Positions 42,458-52,046 of a stretch of 64,000 nt of DNA are shown here, piece by piece; position 1 is the first letter of the stretch; each line of letters begins with the position of its first letter. Made by a program: the position numbers and the translations under genes. The notes under the pieces are model-generated. The model did no database searches. It worked only from the letters and a program-made list of their open reading frames with translations, and was not told the DNA's origin. Origin of the DNA: Nitrososphaeria archaeon (GTDB lineage: Archaea > Thermoproteota > Nitrososphaeria > JACIWG01); contig JBEKIG010000008.1 in the NCBI GenBank assembly GCA_050011875.1, positions 30,158-94,157 on the forward strand, written 5' to 3'.

Positions 42458-42989
42458 AACTCTTTCTCACTCCTGTTCTTTCTAGTGCCGCTAGCAAAGG
42501 GTAGGATACTATCAGGCCAATGGCACCACCAAGAGTATGGAGAGGTGCCCAATATGTTAACGATAATGGAAAAGATCCACTTGTAATTAATAATCCTAAG
42601 ATGAACCCTCCTATAAAAAAAGAAAGAATCATTGACAGGGAAACAGCTAAGATATTACTCATTTTGAAAGTAACCCTATGCTCAACAACGAACAACAATA
42701 GGTCAAAGATAAACGCAGCTATCGCAAAACCGACAACAAAGAACAAGCTTGAATTTAGGAAAAGAACGATAAGGGTACTGATAATGCCGACACCTGTTGC
42801 GGCTCCAAATCTTCCTACTATCCAAACGGACAGTATGATGGGAAAGAAGACTATAAGGTCATGACCAAATGGTAGCCCTCCTAATATTGGGAATGTTATG
42901 GGTGCAACAAATACCTGCAAGGTTCCAGAGAATGCACTCAGCAAACTTACAAGCGCGATAAATTTTGATTTCGACATTGCGAGACTCAC
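42447..42989 (-). CDS. ECF-type transporter S component, probably NikR-regulated
   Basis: About 6 TM, VGRFGAAT..G, C-terminal ALERTGV; overlaps fmdE. Confidence 0.7.
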   Translation of the reverse strand: MSLAMSKSKFIALVSLLSAFSGTLQVFVAPITFPILGGLPFGHDLIVFFPIILSVWIVGRFGAATGVGIISTLIVLFLNSSLFFVVGFAIAAFIFDLLLFVVEHRVTFKMSNILAVSLSMILSFFIGGFILGLLITSGSFPLSLTYWAPLHTLGGAIGLIVSYPLLAALERTGVRKSYGF

Positions 42990-42994
42990 CTACC

Positions 42995-43022
42995 GTATTA
43001 CTATCGACATAAAAAGTAATAT
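42995..43022. promoter_or_regulatory. Putative NikR operator
   Basis: GTATTA-N16-TAATAT, same geometry as E. coli GTATGA-N16-TCATAC; between the minus-strand TATA (CTTAAATA, 43030-43023) and the start codon. Confidence 0.7.
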
Positions 43023-43062
43023 TATTTAAGGTTTATTCTTGAATTTTTATTGACCTCTACTG

Positions 43063-43473
43063 TTAATCTTGGTCGTTCTCTATTGAGCTGATGACCAGTT
43101 TGCCGTGCTTAACACCTTTCAAACTGATAAGCCTATCTGAGATCTGAATTAGATCGTGGGGTAGTCCTCTGATCGCAATGATTTCAACGCAATTATGTCT
43201 GTCTACGTGAACGTGCATTGTGGAGATTACGTTTTTGGACATGCCATGTTGAATGTCTATGAGTTTATCACTTATCCCTTTTGTGTCATGGTCGTAGAGG
43301 AGGGTTATGACACCTATTACTTCTGTAGTAAGACTTTCCCACTCTTCCTCTATCAGAAAGTTTGTAACCAGATCTCTGAAAGCCTTTGAGCGATTCTCAT
43401 ATCTTTTCTTCTTTATTGTTTGGTCGAATCTCTTAAGAAGGTCATTATCGATTGTGACACTGATCCTTTTCAT
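43063..43473 (-). CDS. nikR: Nickel-responsive regulator NikR
   Basis: RHH N-terminus (RISVT...NRSKAFRD); IQH, HVH and C Ni ligands. Confidence 0.95.
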   Translation of the reverse strand: MKRISVTIDNDLLKRFDQTIKKKRYENRSKAFRDLVTNFLIEEEWESLTTEVIGVITLLYDHDTKGISDKLIDIQHGMSKNVISTMHVHVDRHNCVEIIAIRGLPHDLIQISDRLISLKGVKHGKLVISSIENDQD

Positions 43474-43779
43474 ATGTCAGTTTCAATTGTGAGTATTATA
43501 GACTATTATAAATGCATTCTCTCTTAAAGGCCAGAATTAATTCCCAAGATCGCAAGACCTCGGATTTAAATTTCATTTAAAAAGCTTGGAGAATTTTATT
43601 GACGACATAAAATATATTCTATAACTATAACGTTATATAATAAATTCCCAATGTAAGACACAATTTATGCGAATCATTATCGGACGAAACATAGATAAAA
43701 GAGTTTAAATCTTTGGATAGACTTAACTTTACGGTGCACAAAGATTCTTGCGTTTAGTTCTCCTGATTTCCTCGTTTTC

Positions 43780-43962
43780 CTAGCGTTTTTTATTTGCCTC
43801 TGCATAGGCAACAGAACAGCTGTCGGAACAAAACTTAAGTGTTTTATTTCCTATCTTCTTTTCCACAGCCTTCCCATAGATTAAAACATTTTCTTTGCAG
43901 TTCGGGCATTCTTCTGGTGATATCTTCTTGTCGCCCTCTTTTTTTGGAGACATATTTTTCAA
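43780..43962 (-). CDS. Small TRASH/YHS-like metal-binding protein
   Basis: CPNC...FCSDSC. Confidence 0.7.
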   Translation of the reverse strand: MKNMSPKKEGDKKISPEECPNCKENVLIYGKAVEKKIGNKTLKFCSDSCSVAYAEANKKR

Positions 43963-44012
43963 CTTCTATAAGGCAACTATAAGATAGATATTTAAATATT
44001 TCCAGGATTTTT

Positions 44013-44765
44013 TTAAGTGGAATAAACATTCATATTTTTAAATGCTTGCTCCGGATCGCTTCTGGAGCCTATTATGTAATTTTTTGCCATCGCTATTACT
44101 ATTTCGTATTCATTATTTTCTAATCCCTTTGCTACAACTTCAGCCACTTCTGATGATGAAACATTCCATTCAGCTTTCTCTAACTCTTTCCCCTTTAATT
44201 CTGTGTCAAATACCGTTGGAGGTATTACCTCGAATACCCTTATCGGTGTTTCTCTAAGCTGATACCTTAACGTCATACTAAACGAGTGTATTGCTGCCTT
44301 TGTAGCACAATAAACTGGGAATCTTGCTAAAGGCACAAATCCTAGCCCAGATGATACATTAATAATTGCGGCATTCTTTTGCCTCAAAAACAGAGGTATA
44401 AAGTGTGCTGAAAGATATATCTGCGCTCTAAGGTTTATCTCAATCTCATCCTCATTCTTTAGCAGATCTTCTACACCTTTTCTAAAATCTATTGGTCTCT
44501 GTATTCCTGCGTTGTTCACTAACATATTTACGTCCTTGAAGTTAGAACTTACCCAATCATAAAGGGCTTCACGCTCGTCTTCCTTTGATATATCACACTT
44601 CTTTACGTGGATCGATGGTAGTTTAGTCTTTGCTTCATCCAATTTATACTCTCTTCTTCCACAGATAATGACTTCGTTACCCAGACCTACAAATTTTTGT
44701 GCTAGAGCGAAGCCTATTCCAGTTGCTCCGCCAGTTATAACTATTGTATTTCCATTGACTTCCAT
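44013..44765 (-). CDS. Short-chain dehydrogenase/reductase (DltE-like)
   Basis: TGGATGIG, NNAG, SSGL, YCATK; start taken at MEVNG. Confidence 0.92.
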   Translation of the reverse strand: MEVNGNTIVITGGATGIGFALAQKFVGLGNEVIICGRREYKLDEAKTKLPSIHVKKCDISKEDEREALYDWVSSNFKDVNMLVNNAGIQRPIDFRKGVEDLLKNEDEIEINLRAQIYLSAHFIPLFLRQKNAAIINVSSGLGFVPLARFPVYCATKAAIHSFSMTLRYQLRETPIRVFEVIPPTVFDTELKGKELEKAEWNVSSSEVAEVVAKGLENNEYEIVIAMAKNYIIGSRSDPEQAFKNMNVYST

Positions 44766-44943
44766 AATATTACTTAAAAAGAAGATATACACTTAAGTCT
44801 TTGTTCAATCTAAGGCACTCAAAAAAGTTATCTCTTCATCAAGTCCTAAAAAGGAATTGTAAAGAAAAATAATAACGCAGCTATATGTAGTTAACTAAGT
44901 CTATGACCCCGATAGTAGGTTTTTTTATTTTTAGTAACGTTTT

Positions 44944-46059
44944 TTAGAGGCGTTGCGCGAAATCCGCGAGAGATCTCGACCAAAAATTGTTGACGTGACC
45001 TGTATCAGCGGTGTAATAAACGTATTTGATTTCTAATTCTTCTAGTTTTCCTTTAATCGATTCGTTTTGTTTTAGCAGAGGATCTCGTTTTCCACAGGAA
45101 ATATAGATCAATTTATACTGTTTAATCTGTTGTTTGACCTTGGATAATCTGTTTAGTAGTCTGTCGTCGATCATTCCCGAGCTGAACATCCCTGCAGCAG
45201 AGAACATATCAGGATGCGTCGTTATTAAGTTGAAAGTTTGCCCGCCACCCATAGATAACCCCGCGATCGCCCTAGCTTCTTTCAGGACTCGATATCTCGA
45301 CTCAATGAAGGGTACAACATCCTTGATAAAGTAGTTTGTATGCTCCTCCAGTATTTTTCTCCTAGTCTCCTCGCTGTCTAAAGCCTTTGAAAAGGGGGCA
45401 ATGTCTATCAAAGCTCCTACGGTCCCCTTGTGGCCATCAGGCATAACCACTATCATTTCCTTTGCTTTTTTCTCAGATATCAGATTATCCATGATGTTGT
45501 CTGCGTACACGCTGAAAATCCAGGTTAAAGAATCGGCTCTTGCACCATGAAGGAGGTAGAGTATCGGATACCTTTTAGTCGGTTTATATCCAGGTGGAAG
45601 ATAGACCGAGCAGCCCTTTACCTGCTTAAATGTTCTGCTGCCAAATTTGTGAAGAACTACTTCTCCGTGTGCGATATCGCTGGAAAATTCCCATGGCATA
45701 GGTTCCTCGGCTGGGATATCGACCTTATTTATGCTGCCTCCAAACGGGGTAAGCGAATTAACTCGACGTATTAGCGGGTTAAGGGGATCCAACGTCAATA
45801 GGCCGTCTACCGAAAATGAATAGGCGTATCTGCCTGGCAGCATCGGGACTGATGTAATGGTCCATATATTTTTGGAGGTTTTTTTCATAGGTATGTGTCC
45901 TCCAAGCACTCCTTCAAGATTAGGTGTTGCACGTGTTGTCTCAAATACAAGCTCAGAGGTCACTTCAACAGCTTTGGCGTTTTCACTTTTAAGGTTCAAT
46001 GTCACCGAATTATCTTTATTAACAATTGGAGACCTTAACTCTGCATCAGATTTATTCAT
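44944..46059 (-). CDS. Esterase (CE1/Fes-like alpha/beta hydrolase) with N-terminal E-set domain
   Basis: Y.F.VDG...DPLNP, YLPPGY, YLLHG, GLSMGG, C-terminal GH. Confidence 0.88.
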   Translation of the reverse strand: MNKSDAELRSPIVNKDNSVTLNLKSENAKAVEVTSELVFETTRATPNLEGVLGGHIPMKKTSKNIWTITSVPMLPGRYAYSFSVDGLLTLDPLNPLIRRVNSLTPFGGSINKVDIPAEEPMPWEFSSDIAHGEVVLHKFGSRTFKQVKGCSVYLPPGYKPTKRYPILYLLHGARADSLTWIFSVYADNIMDNLISEKKAKEMIVVMPDGHKGTVGALIDIAPFSKALDSEETRRKILEEHTNYFIKDVVPFIESRYRVLKEARAIAGLSMGGGQTFNLITTHPDMFSAAGMFSSGMIDDRLLNRLSKVKQQIKQYKLIYISCGKRDPLLKQNESIKGKLEELEIKYVYYTADTGHVNNFWSRSLADFAQRL

Positions 46060-46121
46060 GACTTTATATTTTACAAAGGACTATATTAGACTTCCTCACC
46101 CTTGAGGATTTAAAGCGATTT

Positions 46122-46445
46122 CTAAACAACTGTACTCCATAAATTCGTTGAATATGTCGCAGGCTCTATAAGTGTATGAAATTTTTGGCTGATTTTCTTC
46201 ATTTCTTCCTCTTGAAATATTTTTGTCATAACTTTTTCGATATCTGCTATACTATCGAACTCCCACATTTCAATATATAGTTCAGATATTGCACCATATT
46301 CTTGTTGAAAGAGTTTCCAAGATTTCACTCCTTTAAAAATTTCTGGGTTTTCCTCTTTGTATTTTAAGAATCTTTGAAGAGCTGGCATGAACTCTTCCCT
46401 CTTCTCTGATTTTATTACATAGGTTTCGACCATAAAAACGCTCAT
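46122..46445 (-). CDS. Hypothetical protein, dimeric alpha+beta barrel/NIPSNAP-like
   Basis: 107 aa, YIEMWEFDS pattern. Confidence 0.65.
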   Translation of the reverse strand: MSVFMVETYVIKSEKREEFMPALQRFLKYKEENPEIFKGVKSWKLFQQEYGAISELYIEMWEFDSIADIEKVMTKIFQEEEMKKISQKFHTLIEPATYSTNLWSTVV

Positions 46446-46579
46446 TTTTCGACCACTCTTTTCTAAACATTAAGATATATTGATAGTTATATATCTTTTC
46501 TGAAAGGAAAAATATGAAAAAGTAAATCTAAAAGGGAAGAATCCCGCTCGTAAATATCCGCACTGCCTTAAACGGTTAT

Positions 46580-46632
46580 AGATGAGCCGACAGTTTACAG
46601 CCAGACAGATGAGCAGTTATCTTATCAGAACC
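46580..46632. repeat. Orphan IS6-like terminal repeat abutting the transposon TSD
   Basis: Reverse complement GGTTCTGATAAGATAACTGCTCATCTGTCTGGCTGTAAACTGTCGGCTCAT aligns without gaps to the ends at 52636 and 53954. Confidence 0.7.
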
Positions 46633-46758
46633 CAGAAAAGGGTTCTGTTAACTTAGTCTAACATGCTTTAACATAATTGTTGCTGTTAACTGGACTGACA
46701 TGGCTTGGAATTTACGGTTCTGTCAACTGTCGGGTGATGATTAAGATAATTCATCACA

Positions 46759-47118
46759 CTAAGAACGTTCTGACAGTATTGATATAATATAGCCCACGAC
46801 AGAGCCCATTAAGAAAGCAAATGTTTCGCCACTAAGTTTCCCACTTTGAGTTAAGAGATAAGCACCAATAACGATACCTGCTATCAAAACGTATGATAGT
46901 GCACTCATTATCATATTCTTTAATCCAAAATAGGACTTTAGAGCATTTAACCCTTTGTCTGCAAACTCGCCGAGCTTATCAATTTGATATTTCTGATTTT
47001 CTAAAGTTTTTAGCTGCACATCTAAGGCTTTCAGTTGCACTTCACCCCAAGTCTTATCTGTCACAGCAGGGGGAACAGTGTAAATCGGTTGAACTCCTTT
47101 ATTCTCTTGATTTGACAT
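46759..47118 (-). CDS. Cargo protein, coiled coil plus 2 C-terminal TM helices
   Basis: 119 aa; own TTTATAA promoter; directly downstream of the transposase. Confidence 0.75.
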   Translation of the reverse strand: MSNQENKGVQPIYTVPPAVTDKTWGEVQLKALDVQLKTLENQKYQIDKLGEFADKGLNALKSYFGLKNMIMSALSYVLIAGIVIGAYLLTQSGKLSGETFAFLMGSVVGYIISILSERS

Positions 47119-47162
47119 ATATCAAATAATCTTTTGTATGATTATAAACTTGTTGCTAATAA

Positions 47163-48278
47163 TTAGTTATCATGTTGTTTTGAGGCATTTTGTATCAGCG
47201 TTATCCACTTGTTTTCTCCCTTGATCTTTATTCCACACTTGTCTGCTGGAGTTTCTCCGTTTAACGCCTCATGTGGTCTAATATAATTGTGGAATATTTG
47301 ACATCCTTTCAGAATCGGCGTATCTGTTTTCTTTAGTCCTCTCATAACCTTCTCTCGGTCTCGGATTTCCCCATTCATCCTCTCCATCTTATTGTTGTGA
47401 ACTTCCCCACTCAAGCGAATATCTCTGATGTGCTTAGTTCTCGGATTATAGTTTGTCCAAAACTCTTTCGTGCATGCGTCTTGATATGCTCGTAATCCAT
47501 CGGTTATTATAGTTAGAGGCTTCTTTCCAGCTATTTCTTTTCCTTCTCTAAATAATCCCCTTGCGTCATGGGTGTATTTTGTGTCAGCAACTTCTTGAGC
47601 TATCCAGAACCTTGTGTCGTCGTCCATTAAGGCGAACAGATACTTCATATTTCCCTTGATCTTAACATAAAGTTCATCTGCTCTCCAAGTGTCTCCAACG
47701 TTGGGCTTTATTTGGTCGAGATATTTCTCCATTAAACCTACATACTTTCCTATCCACTTATAGACAGCTACATGGGATATGTTTACGCCTTGTAGTCTCA
47801 AAAACTTCTGCACACTTCTTAAACTTTCTCCCGTGAAATAGAGTTGCATTGCGGAGGTTATTATTTGAGGGGTGGCGTGCATCTTCTCGAATCCGAGGTT
47901 TACTACAAAAGTTCTGGCACAACTTTTGCATAGGAATTGCTGAATATCACCATAATCGTTGTGTCTTATTCCATGCTTCACAACTTTATCGGATTGGCAT
48001 GCTGGACAAAGTTGAGGGTTAACTGGGCTTATAATTGTCTGGCTGGAAACACTCTGCCTTAACGCTAAACTTATCTCAACACCCCAGATGTGTTTGCATT
48101 TTTCCCCTCGAAACTGGTGGTCGGGGCAGGAACAAATCCATCCTAACTCTGTGCTAAATACTTCATATACACCGTTACCAGACTGAGAATTAACTTTGTA
48201 TAAATGACCGTCAATCCTTTTAATTTGCCCTTCAAGATGGGCTATTTCCTTCCCTTTTTCTTCCCGAAGGTTCATCAT
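47163..48278 (-). CDS. IS6-family DDE transposase with N-terminal SWIM zinc finger and zinc ribbon
   Basis: CSCPDH...CKH (SWIM), CPAC...CKSC, HTH, WRADE, ITDG, NNKMER, RPHEAL.GETPA. Confidence 0.92.
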   Translation of the reverse strand: MMNLREEKGKEIAHLEGQIKRIDGHLYKVNSQSGNGVYEVFSTELGWICSCPDHQFRGEKCKHIWGVEISLALRQSVSSQTIISPVNPQLCPACQSDKVVKHGIRHNDYGDIQQFLCKSCARTFVVNLGFEKMHATPQIITSAMQLYFTGESLRSVQKFLRLQGVNISHVAVYKWIGKYVGLMEKYLDQIKPNVGDTWRADELYVKIKGNMKYLFALMDDDTRFWIAQEVADTKYTHDARGLFREGKEIAGKKPLTIITDGLRAYQDACTKEFWTNYNPRTKHIRDIRLSGEVHNNKMERMNGEIRDREKVMRGLKKTDTPILKGCQIFHNYIRPHEALNGETPADKCGIKIKGENKWITLIQNASKQHDN

Positions 48279-48294
48279 CTTTCTTCCCTATCAT

Positions 48295-48360
48295 TATCTA
48301 CGTAGATATGGTATATTAAGGTATCGGTATCTACGTAGATAAGTGTTATATACGTAGATA
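48295..48360. promoter_or_regulatory. Three palindromic operators in the divergent transposase/AbrB promoter
   Basis: TATCTACGTAGATA at 48295-48308 and 48328-48341; TATATACGTAGATA at 48347-48360. Confidence 0.8.
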
Positions 48361-48374
48361 GGCTATACTAAAGC

Positions 48375-48584
48375 GTGCCCAAATGGAAGAAGGACGAGAC
48401 GAAATTTACGGTTAGTGTTAATTATGAAGAGAAACGTGGAGCGCAAAGCTCCATACCAAAACCTATAGTTGATGCCCTTGGTAAGCCCACAAGAATTACA
48501 TTTCTGTTGAGGGGCAAGAAAGTTGAGGTTAAAGCTTCGGACAGTTCTGAAGTAGTTCAGGCACAAAAAGCTCATATAGCGTAA
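48375..48584 (+). CDS. Small AbrB/SpoVT-like DNA-binding protein
   Basis: SSIPKPIVDALG..TRITF...GKKVEV swapped-hairpin pattern; divergent from the transposase. Confidence 0.7.
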   Translation: MPKWKKDETKFTVSVNYEEKRGAQSSIPKPIVDALGKPTRITFLLRGKKVEVKASDSSEVVQAQKAHIA

Positions 48585-48644
48585 TGACGTAAGGGGTCTG
48601 TGCGCACATCTCGATTTTGCGCTGACGATTGGGAGGGTTCCTGA

Positions 48645-50420
48645 TTGGCTCGAAAAGGACGGAAAGGGATGAAGGAGAAGCCGACCGTTATCAAGAGGAT
48701 TGTTGACAAGTATCTGGTCAAGACCCTTGGCTATGACCTTCAAACTCAACTTTTCTTTGACGAGAATGTGCAGGGGATGGGAGGAAAAGTCTGGGGATTC
48801 ACTGACATCGAGATAAAACTGGACGGAGAGAATACAGATGTCATAATCGAAGCCAAGCGTAGCGGCTTGACTTTAGGGAAGAGCGAAAAGGAGGAGGCTA
48901 TTAAATACGGTAACTCGAAAAAGATTATATGTGTAGTTCTCACTAATGGGACAGACTACATCATTTACAACTCGAACACGAAGAACCAACTGATGCTTAA
49001 CGGGCATATGATGGATGATATTCCTCGTTGCACCGATCTCCCCCTTTTCCTAAGCCGACTCAAAAGAGATTCTGACGATGTGACTTTGACGACGAACGAT
49101 GTCCTTCCTCGAAAGCTTGACAGAATCCTTCAGCCAGCTCTTGAGGACATATTCAGGGCAGAAGCCACAAGGTCGATGGCTGACTTGGAACACATCTTTA
49201 AGCGTTGCCACGACATTCTACGCGACAGTGAACATAAGACCCCTGTAGAGTCCGTTGAGGAGTTCTCGAAGGTCTTATTCCTCAAGTTGTATTCGGAGAA
49301 ATTCTTCAGCGGCACTTTCAAGAACACGAAGCTGAAGCCTGAAGACATAACCTCATTCAACGAAATTGCGCAAGAGTCTAACCCTGCGACGGTGAAGAAA
49401 TTGGTGGTGGAGAATTTTAACGCCTTTATACAGGCTTACAGTGAAGTATTCGATAACAGTGATAGATTCAAGATAAAGAAACCTGAGACCTTCAAAGAGC
49501 TTGTCGATGTGCTTGCGCCAGTCAACTTCGATAGGGATTTTGATGCTGATATTAAGGGCAGGGCTTACGAGCACTTCCTTGCTACGGTTCTGAGAGGAAG
49601 TAAGCTGGGGCAGTTCTTCACCCCCCGTCCCATAGTGAAGATGATGGTCAGGCTTGTCAATCCAAAACCTGACGACATCGTCCTTGACCCAGCATGCGGC
49701 AGTGGAGGCTTCTTAATCAAAGCTATGCAAGTCGTTAATTGGCATATTGACCAGAACGAACACGAAGGGCAGGCAGTAAAAGATGGGAGGCATGAGCACC
49801 TTAGACTGCGTTGTCTTTATGGGGCTGATGCAGGGGTCGTAGCAAAGACAGCCAAGATGAATATGATTCTGGCAGGTGATGGGCATGTTAATATTATTCA
49901 TGAAAACTCACTCACCGAGGAAGTCGATTTTCTACATCTTGACCAAGAACCTCTCTTTGAATCCATTATGACAAACCCACCCTTCGGTCTGAACGAGAAG
50001 ATGAAGGAGAGCCAGCTCGACAAGTATGACGTCCCAATATCGAAGGCGCAATCGCTTTTTCTTCAACTCATGGTTCGAAAGGCTAAACCAAACGGTCTCA
50101 TCTGCTCGGTGGTCGATGAGGGTGTTCTAAACACTCCGACATATAAAGCACTCAGAAAGTATCTTTTCAGGAAGTGCTTCATTCTTGCGGTCTTCTCTCT
50201 TCCCGTCACAACGTTCAAACCTCACTACAGTGGAGTTAAGGCTTCAGTCCTCTTAATGAGAAGGAAGGAGAACGAGCTGGTTAAGCAGAGCTTTCCCGTC
50301 TTCGGCTACGACCTTCAATACGTAGGGTATGATAACACTGGACGAACGGTGGACGAAAACGACATTGAACCAGCCTTGGAGAGCTGGAACGCTCATGTAG
50401 CCAAACTTGTGGGTGCTTAA
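48645..50420 (+). CDS. Fused restriction endonuclease/N6-adenine methyltransferase (type IIB/IIG-like RM subunit)
   Basis: N-terminal D..IEAK nuclease and LTNG; GQFFTPR, DPACGSGGF, NPPF. Confidence 0.9.
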   Translation: MARKGRKGMKEKPTVIKRIVDKYLVKTLGYDLQTQLFFDENVQGMGGKVWGFTDIEIKLDGENTDVIIEAKRSGLTLGKSEKEEAIKYGNSKKIICVVLTNGTDYIIYNSNTKNQLMLNGHMMDDIPRCTDLPLFLSRLKRDSDDVTLTTNDVLPRKLDRILQPALEDIFRAEATRSMADLEHIFKRCHDILRDSEHKTPVESVEEFSKVLFLKLYSEKFFSGTFKNTKLKPEDITSFNEIAQESNPATVKKLVVENFNAFIQAYSEVFDNSDRFKIKKPETFKELVDVLAPVNFDRDFDADIKGRAYEHFLATVLRGSKLGQFFTPRPIVKMMVRLVNPKPDDIVLDPACGSGGFLIKAMQVVNWHIDQNEHEGQAVKDGRHEHLRLRCLYGADAGVVAKTAKMNMILAGDGHVNIIHENSLTEEVDFLHLDQEPLFESIMTNPPFGLNEKMKESQLDKYDVPISKAQSLFLQLMVRKAKPNGLICSVVDEGVLNTPTYKALRKYLFRKCFILAVFSLPVTTFKPHYSGVKASVLLMRRKENELVKQSFPVFGYDLQYVGYDNTGRTVDENDIEPALESWNAHVAKLVGA

Positions 50421-51876
50421 ATTGTCCAAGAACATAGAAATATCGTTAGATGAGATTGAGGAAGGTATCTACGACAGGACGGAGTATCGGCTTGATTTGA
50501 AGTTCTACTCTCCCGTTTTGAAGGACAGCTATGCGCAACTCTTCAAGGGGAAATATCCTATGAAGTTCGTAAAAGACTTAGCCGATTCCGTAGATTCAGG
50601 GGTTACCATCGAAAATAATCTTGAATACAAGTATCTACAGATAAGCGATATAGACGGTGAGCTTGGCGAAGTAGAGGACTATTCCGAGCTTCAGGGCATC
50701 GACCTGCCTTCTCGTGCAAAACTCACACTCATAAAGAATGACATTGTAATATCATCCGTTAGACCGCTCCTGCGTGAAATCGCAATAATCCCAGAAGAAC
50801 TCGATGGGCAGATTGGGACGAACGGATTCATTCAGCTAAGATGCAAAGAAAACGAAATTGAACCTGAGTATCTTTTACACATCTTACGATGTAGGCAGAT
50901 AACAGACGAACTCGACAGACGTTCGAGTGCACTAAACTACCCCGCTATAAGCGAACATGATGTGAAGTATCTCAAGATACCATGCCCACCTCGTGACGTG
51001 AGGCTCGAACTAATTAAGCGATTCTCGGATGCTACAGCCGAAGTTAAGAACATCAAGGATAAGGTCGATATACTTCAGACCGAGCGTAGCCAAATACTCC
51101 CAGCCAAGCTGAGAACTGGAAACATTAAATCCGTGCCAAAAGATGTCGAGTTCTCCTTCGATGAAGCCCAGTCTAACGAAAGCCGTCTTGATGTCAAGTT
51201 CTATAGATATTCGAGGAAGCATCCTTTCGAGCATCTCCCTCTAAAGCAGATATACCCTACCTTGGTCACATTCTCAACGGAAAGAATCAATTTAGACTCT
51301 CAGCCCGATGAGGAGTTTTTGCAGGTAACGGTTAGCAGGAAGAAAGGTGTAGTCTTCAGAGAAAAGAATCAAGGGAATGACATAGGAACCAAAGCGCAAA
51401 CCCTCATCCGCACATGTGATGTCATCGTATCTCGGATTGACCTTTACAATGGTTGCATTGGAATTGTACCCGAAGACCTTGATGGGGCAATTGTCACGAG
51501 AGACTTCATGGTGCTCAAGCTTCATAAGAAAGAAATCGACCCGATTTTCTTCCGAGAAGTGCTGAAGGACAAGGAGATGGCTGACTACTTCTATGCGTTC
51601 GCCGTCGGTGCCACTGGCAGGAAGAGGATCGACCAGAAAGTGTTCCAAGGTCTGAAGATACCTGTTTTGCCTCTTGATCAGCAGTTCAAGATTCGAGATT
51701 TGATTCAGGCGAAAGACAGAGCCATCGAGGAGCTCCAAGTCGAAGCCCGAAGAATTTACAGAGAGGCAGAAGCAGGATTCATGGATGCTCTCGGAGTTCC
51801 AAAGCCGAAGAAGAATCCTGATGACATATCAACTAATCCAGCTCATTCGCTAAAGAAGGCTATCTTCTCGTTATAA
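50407..51876 (+). CDS. HsdS-like specificity subunit with two TRDs
   Basis: Two repeats of RLD.KFY...IP.PP/IPVLP plus coiled-coil spacer; overlaps the RM gene. Confidence 0.88.
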   Translation: MWVLKLSKNIEISLDEIEEGIYDRTEYRLDLKFYSPVLKDSYAQLFKGKYPMKFVKDLADSVDSGVTIENNLEYKYLQISDIDGELGEVEDYSELQGIDLPSRAKLTLIKNDIVISSVRPLLREIAIIPEELDGQIGTNGFIQLRCKENEIEPEYLLHILRCRQITDELDRRSSALNYPAISEHDVKYLKIPCPPRDVRLELIKRFSDATAEVKNIKDKVDILQTERSQILPAKLRTGNIKSVPKDVEFSFDEAQSNESRLDVKFYRYSRKHPFEHLPLKQIYPTLVTFSTERINLDSQPDEEFLQVTVSRKKGVVFREKNQGNDIGTKAQTLIRTCDVIVSRIDLYNGCIGIVPEDLDGAIVTRDFMVLKLHKKEIDPIFFREVLKDKEMADYFYAFAVGATGRKRIDQKVFQGLKIPVLPLDQQFKIRDLIQAKDRAIEELQVEARRIYREAEAGFMDALGVPKPKKNPDDISTNPAHSLKKAIFSL

Positions 51877-52046
51877 TCATGCTCGCCGAACGAGGAATAG
51901 ACAAAACTGTCCTCCACAAGTTAATTGGCAGGGTATAACCCAACAGTTTACGGTCACAAAAAATTAGACGAGAACCAGACAACTTTACAAAGCCCACAAC
52001 TGCAATAGATTAAAGAAATATCAGATAATATGTAACTACAATTACG

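Noticed and set aside
44890-44903. GTTAACTAAGTCTA, a 13/14 match to the transposon TIR sub-site
   Set aside because: Lacks the terminal GGTTCT, second sub-site and TSD; could be chance
48363-48749. 128-aa minus-strand ORF
   Set aside because: Antisense to the AbrB-like and RM genes
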